Assembly: GCA_965644315.1 (NCBI GenBank)
Contig: CBFFRQ010000017.1
Location: 62,001-126,000 of the forward strand
Direction of reading: 5' to 3'
DNA: 64,000 nucleotides
Source: Caecitellus pseudoparvulus
Lineage: Eukaryota; Protista; Bigyra: Bicosoecida
In this document: piece after piece, positions 1 to 10,875 of the stretch
How positions within the stretch are numbered: position 1 is the first letter of the stretch
Layout of the letters: the number at the start of each line of letters is the position of its first letter
Position numbers and translations under genes: made by a program
The notes under the pieces: model-generated
What the model was told of the DNA's origin: nothing
Database searches by the model: none
What the model saw: only the letters and a program-made list of their open reading frames with translations

Positions 1-868
1 GTCCTCGCTGCCGATGAGGTAGATGTTCTGGCTGAAGGCCTTCTTATCAGCCAGGGAGGGTTGCCGCGTCTCCATCTTCATGTCAGCTGCGGACACAGCG
101 GCAGGGGCGTGATGGGAGCGAGGGAGGAGCACAACGCGGAACTTGCACCCGCGCCTATGCGGCCTGCAGGCTGGCCAGGGGTGCAGACGCACCAGGGTCG
201 ATCTTGATCTTCTTGAACTTCTCCTGGAAGATCTTCCGCAGGTTCTGGGCCGTCAGGTAGTAGTCCGAGCCGTCCTGCGCACGGTCAGTTCGTCGGCGCG
301 GCGTGTCACTGTTGATGCAGGGCAGGCCACGCTGCGCTGGCGGCGCACCTGGTTGTAGGTCATGCAGTTGTTCCACACCAGCATCATGTCGTACTCGTAC
401 TCCAGTGGGTTGTTGTACTCGCCACGGTCCATCTTGGCCTGGAGGGCGGGGAGCGCAATGCCAGCGTGCCGTGTGCTCCAAAAGCCGCGGCGCCGAATGA
501 ACAACCGCCTGCAGCGCGCACCTGCACCGTGCTCAGGTCCATGGGGTACTTGATGACCTTGGGGTAGTCATGCAGCCCCCACTCCTTCCACCGAACAGGC
601 TCCAAGAACGGGCCTGTGCGCAGGGGGAGCGGCCGCTTTGCATGGGGACGTTTGCCTCAAATGCACTGCCGGCTCTGCCTGCTCACCGGCATCCTTGTGG
701 TTCCTGAAGAACGTCAGGATCTTCTGGCACTGTGGGAGGAAGACAAGCACAAGCTCCTGAACATGGGGCACTCTGAGGCCCCTGGCAAGCGCTGCTCCGC
801 CCACGCACCTGAGCCAAAGCCTCGCTCTTGTGCACGCTGGAGCCAGGTGGCACGCTGTGAGCTGCCAT
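1..868 (-). CDS. Bromodomain + extra-terminal (BET/GTE-like) protein, 3' end outside window
   Basis: Exons 868-809, 729-687, 613-522, 438-349, 274-193, 86-1 with GT-AG introns give a bromodomain (KILTFFRNHKDAGPFLEPVRWKEWGLHDYPKVIKYPMDLSTVQAKMDRGEY...MLVWNNCMTYNQDGSDYY) followed by the start of an ET-like domain (PSLADKKAFSQNIYLIGSED). Confidence 0.88.
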
Positions 869-1220
869 GGCTGGGGGAAGGCTGCGGAGTCCGTGGAGTC
901 CAGGGAAGGGCAGGCTGTCGACCACGTTGACGTGGGGTCTGGGAACTGCAGGTGGTACGTGTGGAGGTTGCGATTGTAAATTGCCGTGTCCCTGAGAAGG
1001 TGGCCGCGTGCCGGCACCTGCGGCGTCTTGCGCAACACACACGGGGCGCCCCTGGTTCACAGGGTGGGGGATGGGGGCTGGACTTTGGCCACAGTCTGGC
1101 ACAATTGCTTCTCACACACCTCTGATCACTATCAGCGACCAACCTGTTGCTCTTCGGGCACTGCCACGGCTTCGCCGGGGAGTTTCGCGTTTCGACGCAG
1201 CCAGCTCCCGCCGCCTACTC

Positions 1221-1769
1221 ATGGAGTGCGTGCTGTGCCCCGGCGCAGGGTCGGTTGCCCCCAAGCGCAGCGCGTCACGAACACACACCCCCTGTCCCAC
1301 CCACAGAGACGGCTGGCGCACCGCAGGCGCGGACAAGCGCAGCTCTCGCGCCCGGCAGGGCTCCTCTCGCTCTGGGCGGCAGTCGGGGCCAACTCGCTCT
1401 GGCGTGCGCAGGACCCGCCCAGGCCCCCGGCGCACCAAGGACGAGCCCCTTGCCCCACCCTCACCCCAGAGCAGCCCCTCACGAGACGCCCCCGCGACGT
1501 TTGACGCCGAGAGCGCCCGTGCCCTGCTGCAGGCCCGGGCTGCAGAGGCGAGCGCGTGGCTGGCCGCCCCCCCTCCGCCCACTGCGCCACTGCACGTGTA
1601 TGAGACGCAGAGCACGCCCAGCACCAACGCATGGGGCAGCAGCAAGCCTGCTGCGGCGCTGCTGGGCTCCACTGTGCCCTTTCCGCAGCGCCTGGCGGCA
1701 GCACGGGATGCGGCCACGGTGGAGGCCAGCCCGGGACAGAGCGCTGCGCCGCCAGGGCTGTCTGCCTGA
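1221..1769 (+). CDS. Hypothetical protein (~156 aa)
   Basis: ATG GA|GTGCGT...CACAG|A with intron 1226-1306 gives MEDGWRTAGADKRSSRARQG...AWGSSKP...PFPQRL...; fills the gap between two genes; no family recognised. Confidence 0.5.
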   Translation: MECVLCPGAGSVAPKRSASRTHTPCPTHRDGWRTAGADKRSSRARQGSSRSGRQSGPTRSGVRRTRPGPRRTKDEPLAPPSPQSSPSRDAPATFDAESARALLQARAAEASAWLAAPPPPTAPLHVYETQSTPSTNAWGSSKPAAALLGSTVPFPQRLAAARDAATVEASPGQSAAPPGLSA

Positions 1770-1782
1770 CCAAGCAATGCAT

Positions 1783-4062
1783 TCATGTCTGTTTCAGCTG
1801 CTTGGCCACGTCTGCAAGAGCATCCAGCAGGGCGGTGCCCGTGCCGCCCACAGCCCGAGCTGTGGCTGCTGTCACGTCCAGCGCATGCACGCAACCTGCT
1901 GCGTCGCCCACCAGCACCTCCCCCGCCTTGCCAGGCAGCCACAGCAGGCTAGTGAGGGGCGCTGTGGACACCTGCAGTGCCAGCAGGGGCTTCGCGGCGC
2001 TGCCCTTGCCCAGGGCAGCTGGCAGGTCCCACATGTACAGGTGCCCAGCGCTGTCCCCAGCCAAGCACAGGCACGGCGCCGCCCGGCTCCACGCCACCGC
2101 CAGCACGGGCGCCTGGGCGGCATGCAGCGTGGCCAGGGGGCCATCAGCCAGCCGCGGGGACCACACGCGCACAGTCCAGTCCGAGCCGGCGGTGAGCAGC
2201 ACATCCCCCAGCAGTGCGTTGTCAGGGTGGCCTGGGTGCCGGGCCATGCTGGTGATGAGGCCACAGTGCCCTGGTGTGGCGGTGGGCCCTTCCCAGTACT
2301 TGCTTGCGGGGGAGTACCCAATGTGCAGGCCAGAGACAGCTTCTGAGCCCCCCCCCACGCAGTGCTCCACCTCCACGCGCCCTGCAGACATGACGATGTG
2401 GTACAGGGCGCCGTCCTGGGTGCCGACACTGGACCGGGACGCATCTGTAGGCACTGGCGTGAGGGTGGTGGGTGCCAGGGGAACGTCCAGGGAACGCACG
2501 GCTGGGGCACCGGCCCGCCCCTCTTCCAAGTGCTCCGCCGCCACATCCGCTGGCACGACACCCTTGCGCCCACGCAGGGGGCCTGCCTTCAGCGGCTGCC
2601 GCAGGTCTCCTTCAGCCCACACGCACGCCTGGCCATCGGCTGACACGGACAGGATGTTGTGAGCGTTGGCAGTGCCCGACACCGCCACAGCTTGCACCGG
2701 GTGCACGTGGCCATCGCCACCGATGCGGCTGCTGTGTGTGGGGCGGTGTGTGGGGCCCGTCACATCCCACACCAACACCTGCCCTGTGCTGGTGCCACCC
2801 AGCACGAGCTTGGGCTGGAAGGCGTGCCAGGCCGCGCAGGTGATGGGGACACCCGCTCGGCAGACGGCGGCAGGGGCTGCGGGGGCCGCCAAGCTCCACA
2901 GCGCGGCAACCGACGCGGAGCCCCCCCCCCTTCCACCGGTGGAGTGCAAGGCTGAGAGGGATGTAGCGCCTGCACCCCCCTGCTCTGCCTGGCCAGCGGC
3001 GGCGCGAGGGGTGTACAAGGCGAGGAAGGAGTGCGGGTCCGACGGACACGGCACGAGCTGCGTCACGCTGGCTGCGGCCTGCCCGAACAGGCTCTCTGGG
3101 ACGACGTGCAGCGTGTGAGGTACCTTGGGGTTCAGTGTGGGCGGCACCTGCGGTACCTCTTGCCGCGGGGCCAGCAGCAGGGTCCGTGTGATGGTCGGTG
3201 CGGCAGTGGCGTCACTCCCGGCTGCACCGCCCGTGCCCGACAGCAGGCGACTCAGGCCGTCTCCCAGACTGCCACGTTGCATGGCAATCGAGAGGGTTGC
3301 TGCTGCGTTTCGCAAGAAAACGCCAAAGGGCTCCGAGCTCAGCTGGCTGGCTATTGCCTCTTCACTGAGGGAGGGGGGCGCAGCCGCCGGTGGCGAGGCT
3401 TCAGGGACCGCCTGCCCCCCACCCTCACGGGCGGGTGTCTGGGCGGCAGGTGACCTGCTTGCTGCCTCCGCTCGAGGACTGGCGGCGCTGCTGTCGGTGT
3501 CAGAGTCAGCTGAGGATTCAGGCCCGACCGCGACGGCGTCCGTTTGGGCGCCGCGCTCGTATGTGTGGGTCATGATGGGCGCAATGGTCACTGCAGCGAC
3601 GTCAGCATGCTGAGAAAGAGGGGGGGGTGAGGCACGTGCCGAGTGCTCACGGGGCAGGGGCTGTGTAAAGCTGCCATACCATCTGCAGGCGAGCCAGCCG
3701 TGTCTCAACGGACTCGACTTTCGCCAGTGTCTCGGCGCCCCCCGACTGCCCAGGCAGCGGAGCTGTGAGTAAATGATCAATATAGTCTTCCAGAGAATCT
3801 GCTCGAGGTTTGCCCTCCCGAGGGGCTGCCGGGGGTGTAGCTGGCGTGGGTGCATCGGTGTCCGCCGCAGCTGCTGGTGCACTGCAGAAGCGCAACGGCA
3901 GGCAGTGCAGTGGCATGCAACGCGAGCGGAAGGGGGGGGGCACGCATGACGGACGCCTGTGGCCAAAGGCACACACCTTGCGCGCTCACGCCCCTCTCGC
4001 TGTGCCCGCAGCTTCGCCAGCTGCTCCCGCTTGGCAGCCAGCTTCTTGGCTCTGTCATCCAT
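1783..4062 (-). CDS. DYNC1I: Cytoplasmic dynein-1 intermediate chain (WD40)
   Basis: N-terminal coiled coil MDDRAKKLAAKREQLAKLRAQRE, LC8-binding-like TYERGAQT, and WD40 region GHVHPVQAVAVSGTANAHNILSVSADGQACVW. Introns 3882-3976 and 3610-3679. Confidence 0.88.
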   Translation of the reverse strand: MDDRAKKLAAKREQLAKLRAQREGRERARCVPLATGVRHACPPPSARVACHCTACRCASAVHQQLRRTPMHPRQLHPRQPLGRANLEQILWKTILIIYSQLRCLGSRGAPRHWRKSSPLRHGWLACRWYGSFTQPLPREHSARASPPPLSQHADVAAVTIAPIMTHTYERGAQTDAVAVGPESSADSDTDSSAASPRAEAASRSPAAQTPAREGGGQAVPEASPPAAAPPSLSEEAIASQLSSEPFGVFLRNAAATLSIAMQRGSLGDGLSRLLSGTGGAAGSDATAAPTITRTLLLAPRQEVPQVPPTLNPKVPHTLHVVPESLFGQAAASVTQLVPCPSDPHSFLALYTPRAAAGQAEQGGAGATSLSALHSTGGRGGGSASVAALWSLAAPAAPAAVCRAGVPITCAAWHAFQPKLVLGGTSTGQVLVWDVTGPTHRPTHSSRIGGDGHVHPVQAVAVSGTANAHNILSVSADGQACVWAEGDLRQPLKAGPLRGRKGVVPADVAAEHLEEGRAGAPAVRSLDVPLAPTTLTPVPTDASRSSVGTQDGALYHIVMSAGRVEVEHCVGGGSEAVSGLHIGYSPASKYWEGPTATPGHCGLITSMARHPGHPDNALLGDVLLTAGSDWTVRVWSPRLADGPLATLHAAQAPVLAVAWSRAAPCLCLAGDSAGHLYMWDLPAALGKGSAAKPLLALQVSTAPLTSLLWLPGKAGEVLVGDAAGCVHALDVTAATARAVGGTGTALLDALADVAKQLKQT

Positions 4063-4309
4063 GGCGCTGCAGTCCTGCCTGACAAGCCGCCCTGCCGTCC
4101 GCCGGAGAAGCAGCGGCCGCACTTGCGTGAACGGACCTGAACCGGGCGCGAATGAATGCTTCCTGAGTGCATTTTGCCAGCTCTACCCTCTGCAGCGCCG
4201 GCGCCAAAACCCAGCAAGCGAGCATCCTCCGATTGGGCCCCACGCAGGCCACCTGCGCTGGAGCCCCTGTGACAGCCACGCCTCTTCAGGCTAGCAGTGC
4301 GCTGCAAAC

Positions 4310-4744
4310 TTAGTCCACGCGAGCCATGGAGGCAGCCTCGGACTTGCGGGCATCGCGGCCGGTCTTCTTGCGCTGCAGGAGGGCCAGGCGGTCCTTGTCC
4401 AGCTTCAGCTTGGTGATGACCAAGTTGGAGGGGTGCAGGGGCACGGGGACGGGGGTGCCGTTGGTCTTATCGCGGGTCAGGCGCTCGATGTGCACGCGGA
4501 ACTTCTTGCGCTGGACCAGGATGACCTTGCCCTCAGTGGGGGAGGCCTTCTTGCCGTGGGCACCGCGCACGACGTTGACGACGTCATCAGTGCGGATGGG
4601 CATGGAGCGCACGCCGTACTTCTCGCGCAGCTCCTTGGACAGGGGGGCGGCCATGAGCTTGCGGCGGCTCTCGCTGTCGGCGCTGAAGTGTGCCTTGCGC
4701 GCCTTGCGGCGGCTGGAGGACACCGTTGTGCTGAACTTGGCCAT
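4310..4744 (-). CDS. RPL26: 60S ribosomal protein L26 (uL24)
   Basis: [61 protein letters not shown]...[17 protein letters not shown]; intronless CDS. Confidence 0.97.
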   Translation of the reverse strand: MAKFSTTVSSSRRKARKAHFSADSESRRKLMAAPLSKELREKYGVRSMPIRTDDVVNVVRGAHGKKASPTEGKVILVQRKKFRVHIERLTRDKTNGTPVPVPLHPSNLVITKLKLDKDRLALLQRKKTGRDARKSEAASMARVD

Positions 4745-5340
4745 TGTGACTGAGGCTTTCTGCGCAGGACAAAGGGAGGCACACACGTTCAGCGTCTGCA
4801 AGCAGAGGCGTGCCGCAGCGCGGATGCGCGCCGAAAACAACTGGAAGGCAGCGGGGGGCGATGTGCGGAACTTGGACCACCCAGCACACCTTCCCAGTGC
4901 GCCCGCTGCTCATTGACGGCAACCACGGCGCAAAGAGTCCAACGCCCAGCCGACAAAGTAACGGATCAGCCGTGCCGTGCCACTTAGGCGGTGCCATGCA
5001 GTTCCCTAAGAAACCCACTCAGCTCTGCCCAAGCGCCCCCTGCCAAACTGCACGCCACGCCACTGCCCCACAATCCTGCAAGACACATGACTCACCTGAA
5101 GAGAACCTGCAGAGCTAAGGAAGCTTGCAGCAAACAACCTCTCGTGACACAGAGAACGCTATGGGGAAAGTGCGCTGGGCGTGGGCTCGAGTTGCGTGTC
5201 GATTCGGGGCAAAACGAAGTGCGCGAATGATGCAAATGTAAGTTGCGGGTCCTCTCCAGCAACGCAGCTCGCCCCCTTGCATCACACAGGCAGTGGGCGC
5301 CCATCTGGGAAGCCTCAAGCCAATGAAGATGTATTTCAAG

Positions 5341-8300
5341 TCAGTCTGAACGATTCCTCTTCTTTTTGCTTCGCTTCTTCGCCTTGCCTGTGCGAACGCG
5401 GTGCCCAAACGTGCGTTTGCCGGGTGCTACAGCAGACCCTTGATGCACATCGCCTTGAGCGGGTTCCGTCCGGACTGGAGCTATGGGGCTCATGGCGTGC
5501 AAGGCAAGGCTCAGTGGATCACCGCCTGTGCCGGCTGCTTGTGTGCGTTTGCGCCTGAGGGAAGCGCCCTCATCCGCAGCATCCGCCCGCCTTTGCGACT
5601 GTTCCGCCTCTTGCAAGGCCCCGGGTGAGCCAGGGTGCGCCAAGCTCGCTCTCCTCTCAGGTTGAAACTCCAAGCGAGCAGACTGCCCCATGGCATGCAG
5701 CCCCTGGCGCTTGTTCTCTCCTCTGACATGTTCAACGTAGCGCTTCAGCTTTGGGTGCGGCTCCGTCGGGGCGGCGGGCAGCTGGGACATGGGCATGTGC
5801 ACGACGTCTGGGTGGGGCATGCAGCCAGCTGCGCTTTTCTCCTCCGCTGCACGCCCTCCTATCTCTTGGTGTGGCACCTTCTTTGCCAGCGCCCGAGTCG
5901 TGAAGGGGGCCTTGGGCTTGCCCTGCCCAATGCTGGAGTCCTTGAAGTCCAGCCCCAGCTTGCGAAGGCTGGCGGCCCGCAAGAGTTTGCGCCGAGCATT
6001 CTTGGCAGCCTCAAGGTCAGCTTTGTCTTGAGCCTTCCTGCACCATGCAGGCATGCAGTGCGCCCACCCGCACATGCACACGCCCATGCACATGAGCAGC
6101 GCGCCCATGGCCAAGACAGCTTGGCCGGCAGCGGAGCTCGAGATGAACTCGGCAACTTCCCTCCAGAAGTACTCTTCTGGTGGGCCTTGCAACTCCCTCG
6201 TCTCACGGCCCAAGGACAGCCTGTACTGGCCTGCGACGTTGCCGTACAGCGCAACCCAGAACCTCCCAGACGGGGAGCTCGCGTTCACCACAACGGAGAC
6301 CTCTCCAGAGGGCGCAGCTTTGACCAGCACAAAGTCAGCCAGTTGCCGTGGTAAGGACGTTGCCACGAGCAGCGCTGGCGGCGGGCCCGACACGGTCGCG
6401 TTGCTGCTGGCCGATCCGCTGCTGTTCCCAGCGGAAGAGACACGCGAGACGGAGATGCGAAGGGATGTTTCACGCTGCAGAGGTTGCGAGACGCGGAATA
6501 CATGCACAGCGTGCTGGTCAAGGTGACCAACTTTCGAGCAGGTTGCACACAAGTACGCTACGCGCTGCGTCGCCAGCTGCAGCGCAGCGTGGCCTTGCAG
6601 TGCCAGAGAGGCGCATCGCACCGAGGCGCTCCAGCCGTACTGACAGGAGCAGGCGGCTTGTTGTGTGAGAGAGTTGTAAATGACTGTGCCTCTGCCACTA
6701 CAGTACCTGGCGCTGCACGAGGCGTCTTGCAAGCACGACTCGGGGATGCCGACCTGGCTGGAAAGAGACACTGACAAGTTCAAGTATACAGGTGCCACAG
6801 CTTGATGTCCGTTGGCAACCTCCACAACCAGGCGGGTCTGGCTCACGGAGTCTGCTCTCGCGAAAATCAGCCTTTGCGTGGAGTGCGCCTGGCCGATATT
6901 GTCGGCATCCACAAAGCTGCCCTGGGCAAGAGTGTGCAGCGCGCTGCGGGAGGGACCAGGTGCTCCTGTGAGCGCAGCTGACAGCCTTGGCTGAACTTTG
7001 CTGGCTGCCCCTTTCAGCACTTCCAGCTGGACAACCACCTCCTTCACGCCCGGCAGTGCGGAAAGGTCTACTTGGTAGTACTGCCTGGCACCGACTTGCA
7101 GCTTGTCCACGGCTGCCCACACCGCTTGCCCGGCTGCTGCAATGGACAAGGGCTGCACGCGCACTCCACATGAAGGGCCTTCCCAGCCATATGAACACGT
7201 GCATCGCAGGTTAACACAAGTCCCATGTCCACTGCAGCCTGCTATGTGAGCGGGACACGTTGATGAAACAGAGATGGCAACGTCTGCGCGGAGTGGGGCG
7301 ACGGCTGAGCGGCCATTGTGCATGGAGATGATCATGGTGGACGACGAACCAGACAAAACGGTACTGAGCTTGTGTTCAGTGCGCCCCTGTGCCCAAGCCG
7401 CGATGTCAAAGCGCTGCGCGCCAGCTGTGGAGCCCAGTGCTGGGATGCTGTCCACTTCCACGAACAGCATGGGGTCAGCCCCCTCGGCGGCATTGGTTAC
7501 CGCCACAACAGACACACCAACGGCCCCATTGTGTGTTGCTAGGGCTCCAGCTGCTGTCAAGGAGTTGAGGTCTAGCACAGCGAGGGTGCGTGCTGCAGGG
7601 ATGCTCGTCGTGCTGTTGGTGCTGGGCGCCGCACCTACGACGACTTGGTCAAAGTCCAGCTGCATGGACCACTCGCTTTGCGTACCATTCAGCACCCCTG
7701 TCCCCCCTGCGAACGCAAGCTGCTGTGTGAAGCTCGTGACTCCTTGCACGGCGCCAGCTTGAACAAGGCCGGTGGAGGTCATGAACCCGCTCCCCAACAC
7801 GTCTGCTATTTCCTCGCAAGCATAGCTTGGGTTGGCATTATCCTTGAAGAAGAGCGCATTGCACTGGCAGATGGGCATGGGCCCTTGGCCTGTTATGCTC
7901 GGCTCCCCAACGCACACCCCACGGCCGTTGCACGCCGCTGGACACTCGGGGGTGTCGCAGTTGCTGCCGTCCTGTCCCCATGACGCGACCACAAAGTCAG
8001 TGACAAGCCCTTGGGCATTGACGACATTGTACCCCTGCGCATTGAAACGATGGCAAATGCACTGCCCGTCGATGCACGTGCCGTGGATGCAGTTTGATTT
8101 GGAGCACGGGTGCCGCGAGAGGGTGATGTTGGCTGTCACGTCGCGGCCCACGTACACCCCGACCAGCATTGTGCCCTGCTCGGTGTACTGAGGGCTACCG
8201 GCTTGGAATGCAATCTGGGCACTGTGAGTTGCAGTGACCCACTCGGAGGCGAAGGCGGCGTTGCGCCGGGTGGGGGGCTTGCGACTGGCACCGCTCCCAG

Positions 8301-10875
8301 CGTACACAGCCACTGCGAACACATCATCCGGCAGGGTCAGGGGCAGGCCCGTGCTGTTATCGAACGGCGAAACCGTGAAATTAACGGAGCGTTCCACATC
8401 TTCCACCTCAAAGCTGAAGTAGTGCGTCGTCTTGCTGTCCAGGTGCACGGGAAGTTGGTGGGCTTCAGTGCCGGGCAAGGTGTAGTTCAATGGCACGTAC
8501 TGCCTCAACCCAGCGGTCATGTCTTGGCAGGCGGGGCCGGAATAAAAGCGCGAGAGGCCTTCATTCACAGCACCACTAGGTTCAGTCTTGATGACATCTG
8601 CGCACTCACAGATACCCCTGTTGCCGTCGCAGACCCCCTTTCCAGTTGCCTCACCGCACAGCGAGCTCGCTGGGCTCTCACGCGGGCATGCCTCAAACTG
8701 GCACGCAATGCCAGTGTGCGTGCTGTTGCAGACACATGAACGCATCCCATCTCCCATCCCTGTGTCCAGGCACGCCCCGTTCCCATTGCATGGCGCGGCG
8801 AAGGGGTCGGAAGGGGGGCAGCCTTGCTGGGAACATGCCGGCCCCGTCCAGCCCGAGTCACAGCCGTCTTCCCCCACGAAGGGCCCGGTTGAGACGGTGC
8901 ACACCCCCCTCGTCGCATCACACGCCCCATGGCCGGAGCACCCCGCGTCCCCCTGGCCGGCAGGGCACTCTGACAGCTCGCAGCGATCCCCGTAGAACGT
9001 GGACAGGCAGTTGCACGAGCCGTCGCTCGGGTTGCAAGTGCCACCATTGGCACAATTGGCATTGTCACAAGGGTTTCCACTGCACATCTCCGAGGCGGGT
9101 GGGCACTGCAAGGTGCCGATGAAAATGCTCGACGTCTCGGTCGCCACGTCCACCTGCCCTCCCTCCGCCGGGCATCGCACAGGAAACAGAGAAGTGCTGC
9201 CCCCACTCACCCTCTTCAACGACACTTCAATAATGCCTCCATCGCATCGAGCGCGGTAGCACATGCCCCCGGGCTGTGGTGACAGGCCGTAGGCAGCGTC
9301 CACCACAGTGCCTTGGAAGCATCGAGACCGGTACTGCCCAGCGTCGACCCCGACGGCCTCCCCCCTGAACGCGTACTCAGTGATGCTACCTTTCACACAT
9401 TCCCCATCTGAGCTCGCTCGGTACACTGGGCAGTAGTCCATGAGCGCGTTGGTGCCTCCTTTGGTTGGGTCAGAGAAGTACTGGAACTTGCTGGGCAGAG
9501 CGGCGTGGTGCGTCCTGACGTCGCACATGGCTCGAAAGCGCATGTCTATGGTGCACCCCGAGCTGCCCTGCACGTCGCAGAAGTAGCGGGAGGTGTCCCA
9601 CCCGGAGCCGCACTGCTTGCGGACAAAGTCGCAGCCTTGCCCCTTGCCCCACGCCAGGGGCTCGGCTGACGCGTAGTCCACAGCGTACCACCCGCTGTCT
9701 TCCATCAGAGCAAGGGTCAGCGATGACAGGGGCGACTTGCTGGACTTGGTTCCGGTCATCAGCTCGTTGCCGGCCAGTCGCTTCTTCCAGTGACTGCCAG
9801 CAGTGCCGCTGCCGCCTGCATCTTCCAGCTCCAAGCCTGGCTTCACCCAGGCATCCACACAGCTGAAGTGCGCCCGGGTCATGGCAGCCACATTAGGCGT
9901 GATGATCTTTGTGATCTCCTTGCCTCCCAGCTCTGTGCTCTGGAAGACATGCAAGACCTCGTCGCTGCTGGCGCGTTGCGTGGTGCCTGGTCGCAGGAAT
10001 TGGGCAAACTTGTACCCTGAGAAGCCGAGCGCGTGCAGCACTTCGTGCATGGCTGTGCGCACCATGTCTTCAAAGTCGCTATTCAGGGGACTGGGAGTGA
10101 TTTCCGGGATGGATCTGGGGTTGAAGTTTGCATGCCCAGTCAGAGGGCGCCCCGTCGTGTCATACTCACACTCCAGTGCCCAGGCGACCGTGCCACTACC
10201 CGCCGGGCGCGCTGTCACAAACAGCACAAAGTCCGTGTCGCTCCAGGTTCGGGACAGTAGGGGCTGCTTATTGGCACAGCAAATGTAGTGCCGGATGCCG
10301 TAGGAGTTGATGAAGGTTTGGTCTTCGCATGGCCAGGTTGGCGTCACAGAGAGGTCCCCTGACACAGGTACCACAGCCAGGGCTTGGGCAAGGCGGTGCG
10401 TGGCGGCTTCCACGACTGCTTGCAGCACAGCGCGCTTCGCGGGCGTGAGGACATCATCCGCGGAGCAAGCCCGCTGTTCTGTCGCCGAAGTGGGCTCCGT
10501 GGGGATGTATGTGCCGGAGGCGCTGGTGCACATGTGCTGCGAGTCACTGCGGTGTGGGGAGGGTTGGAGTGACTTGCAAGCTCGTTGCGGAACTTGGACG
10601 CGTTGCCGCTCTCTTGGACTACAAGGACCATGTACCCACCTCCCGTCCGTGAGTCTTGCTGTATCTGCATGTATCCGAATGCTGGAGTACTGCTGGCTGA
10701 GTTGCCTGCCCTGTCCTGTGGGCGGGCCGTGGTGTGCAACTGGCACGGAATGTGCCTTGCGCTGTCCCAAAAACCCAGCCATGCTCGCCATCATGTCATC
10801 ATGAATGCATCTGTGTGCTCCAACCCCCCTTGCTGCAATGAGGAGAGCAATGATTGCTGCACACCTGCCCTTCAT
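5341..10875 (-). CDS. Leishmanolysin/GP63-like (M8) metallopeptidase with EGF-like repeats, TM helix and long cytoplasmic tail
   Basis: Signal peptide, HRCIHD propeptide, HEVLHALGFS (10033-10047), GSHW, NELMTG Met-turn, many CxGxGxC...CxC EGF-like units, hydrophobic helix near 6050-6130. Likely in-frame intron 10547-10639. Confidence 0.9.
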   Translation of the reverse strand: MKGRCAAIIALLIAARGVGAHRCIHDDMMASMAGFLGQRKAHSVPVAHHGPPTGQGRQLSQQYSSIRIHADTARLTDGRWVHGPCSPRERQRVQVPQRACKSLQPSPHRSDSQHMCTSASGTYIPTEPTSATEQRACSADDVLTPAKRAVLQAVVEAATHRLAQALAVVPVSGDLSVTPTWPCEDQTFINSYGIRHYICCANKQPLLSRTWSDTDFVLFVTARPAGSGTVAWALECEYDTTGRPLTGHANFNPRSIPEITPSPLNSDFEDMVRTAMHEVLHALGFSGYKFAQFLRPGTTQRASSDEVLHVFQSTELGGKEITKIITPNVAAMTRAHFSCVDAWVKPGLELEDAGGSGTAGSHWKKRLAGNELMTGTKSSKSPLSSLTLALMEDSGWYAVDYASAEPLAWGKGQGCDFVRKQCGSGWDTSRYFCDVQGSSGCTIDMRFRAMCDVRTHHAALPSKFQYFSDPTKGGTNALMDYCPVYRASSDGECVKGSITEYAFRGEAVGVDAGQYRSRCFQGTVVDAAYGLSPQPGGMCYRARCDGGIIEVSLKRVSGGSTSLFPVRCPAEGGQVDVATETSSIFIGTLQCPPASEMCSGNPCDNANCANGGTCNPSDGSCNCLSTFYGDRCELSECPAGQGDAGCSGHGACDATRGVCTVSTGPFVGEDGCDSGWTGPACSQQGCPPSDPFAAPCNGNGACLDTGMGDGMRSCVCNSTHTGIACQFEACPRESPASSLCGEATGKGVCDGNRGICECADVIKTEPSGAVNEGLSRFYSGPACQDMTAGLRQYVPLNYTLPGTEAHQLPVHLDSKTTHYFSFEVEDVERSVNFTVSPFDNSTGLPLTLPDDVFAVAVYAGSGASRKPPTRRNAAFASEWVTATHSAQIAFQAGSPQYTEQGTMLVGVYVGRDVTANITLSRHPCSKSNCIHGTCIDGQCICHRFNAQGYNVVNAQGLVTDFVVASWGQDGSNCDTPECPAACNGRGVCVGEPSITGQGPMPICQCNALFFKDNANPSYACEEIADVLGSGFMTSTGLVQAGAVQGVTSFTQQLAFAGGTGVLNGTQSEWSMQLDFDQVVVGAAPSTNSTTSIPAARTLAVLDLNSLTAAGALATHNGAVGVSVVAVTNAAEGADPMLFVEVDSIPALGSTAGAQRFDIAAWAQGRTEHKLSTVLSGSSSTMIISMHNGRSAVAPLRADVAISVSSTCPAHIAGCSGHGTCVNLRCTCSYGWEGPSCGVRVQPLSIAAAGQAVWAAVDKLQVGARQYYQVDLSALPGVKEVVVQLEVLKGAASKVQPRLSAALTGAPGPSRSALHTLAQGSFVDADNIGQAHSTQRLIFARADSVSQTRLVVEVANGHQAVAPVYLNLSVSLSSQVGIPESCLQDASCSARYCSGRGTVIYNSLTQQAACSCQYGWSASVRCASLALQGHAALQLATQRVAYLCATCSKVGHLDQHAVHVFRVSQPLQRETSLRISVSRVSSAGNSSGSASSNATVSGPPPALLVATSLPRQLADFVLVKAAPSGEVSVVVNASSPSGRFWVALYGNVAGQYRLSLGRETRELQGPPEEYFWREVAEFISSSAAGQAVLAMGALLMCMGVCMCGWAHCMPAWCRKAQDKADLEAAKNARRKLLRAASLRKLGLDFKDSSIGQGKPKAPFTTRALAKKVPHQEIGGRAAEEKSAAGCMPHPDVVHMPMSQLPAAPTEPHPKLKRYVEHVRGENKRQGLHAMGQSARLEFQPERRASLAHPGSPGALQEAEQSQRRADAADEGASLRRKRTQAAGTGGDPLSLALHAMSPIAPVRTEPAQGDVHQGSAVAPGKRTFGHRVRTGKAKKRSKKKRNRSD

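Noticed and set aside
4745-5340. 600-nt gap with splice-like signals on both strands (GTAAGT...CACAG at 5238-5289; minus-strand CAG/GTGAGT near 5090-5110)
   Set aside because: No convincing spliced ORF or RNA structure; could be UTR introns or chance.
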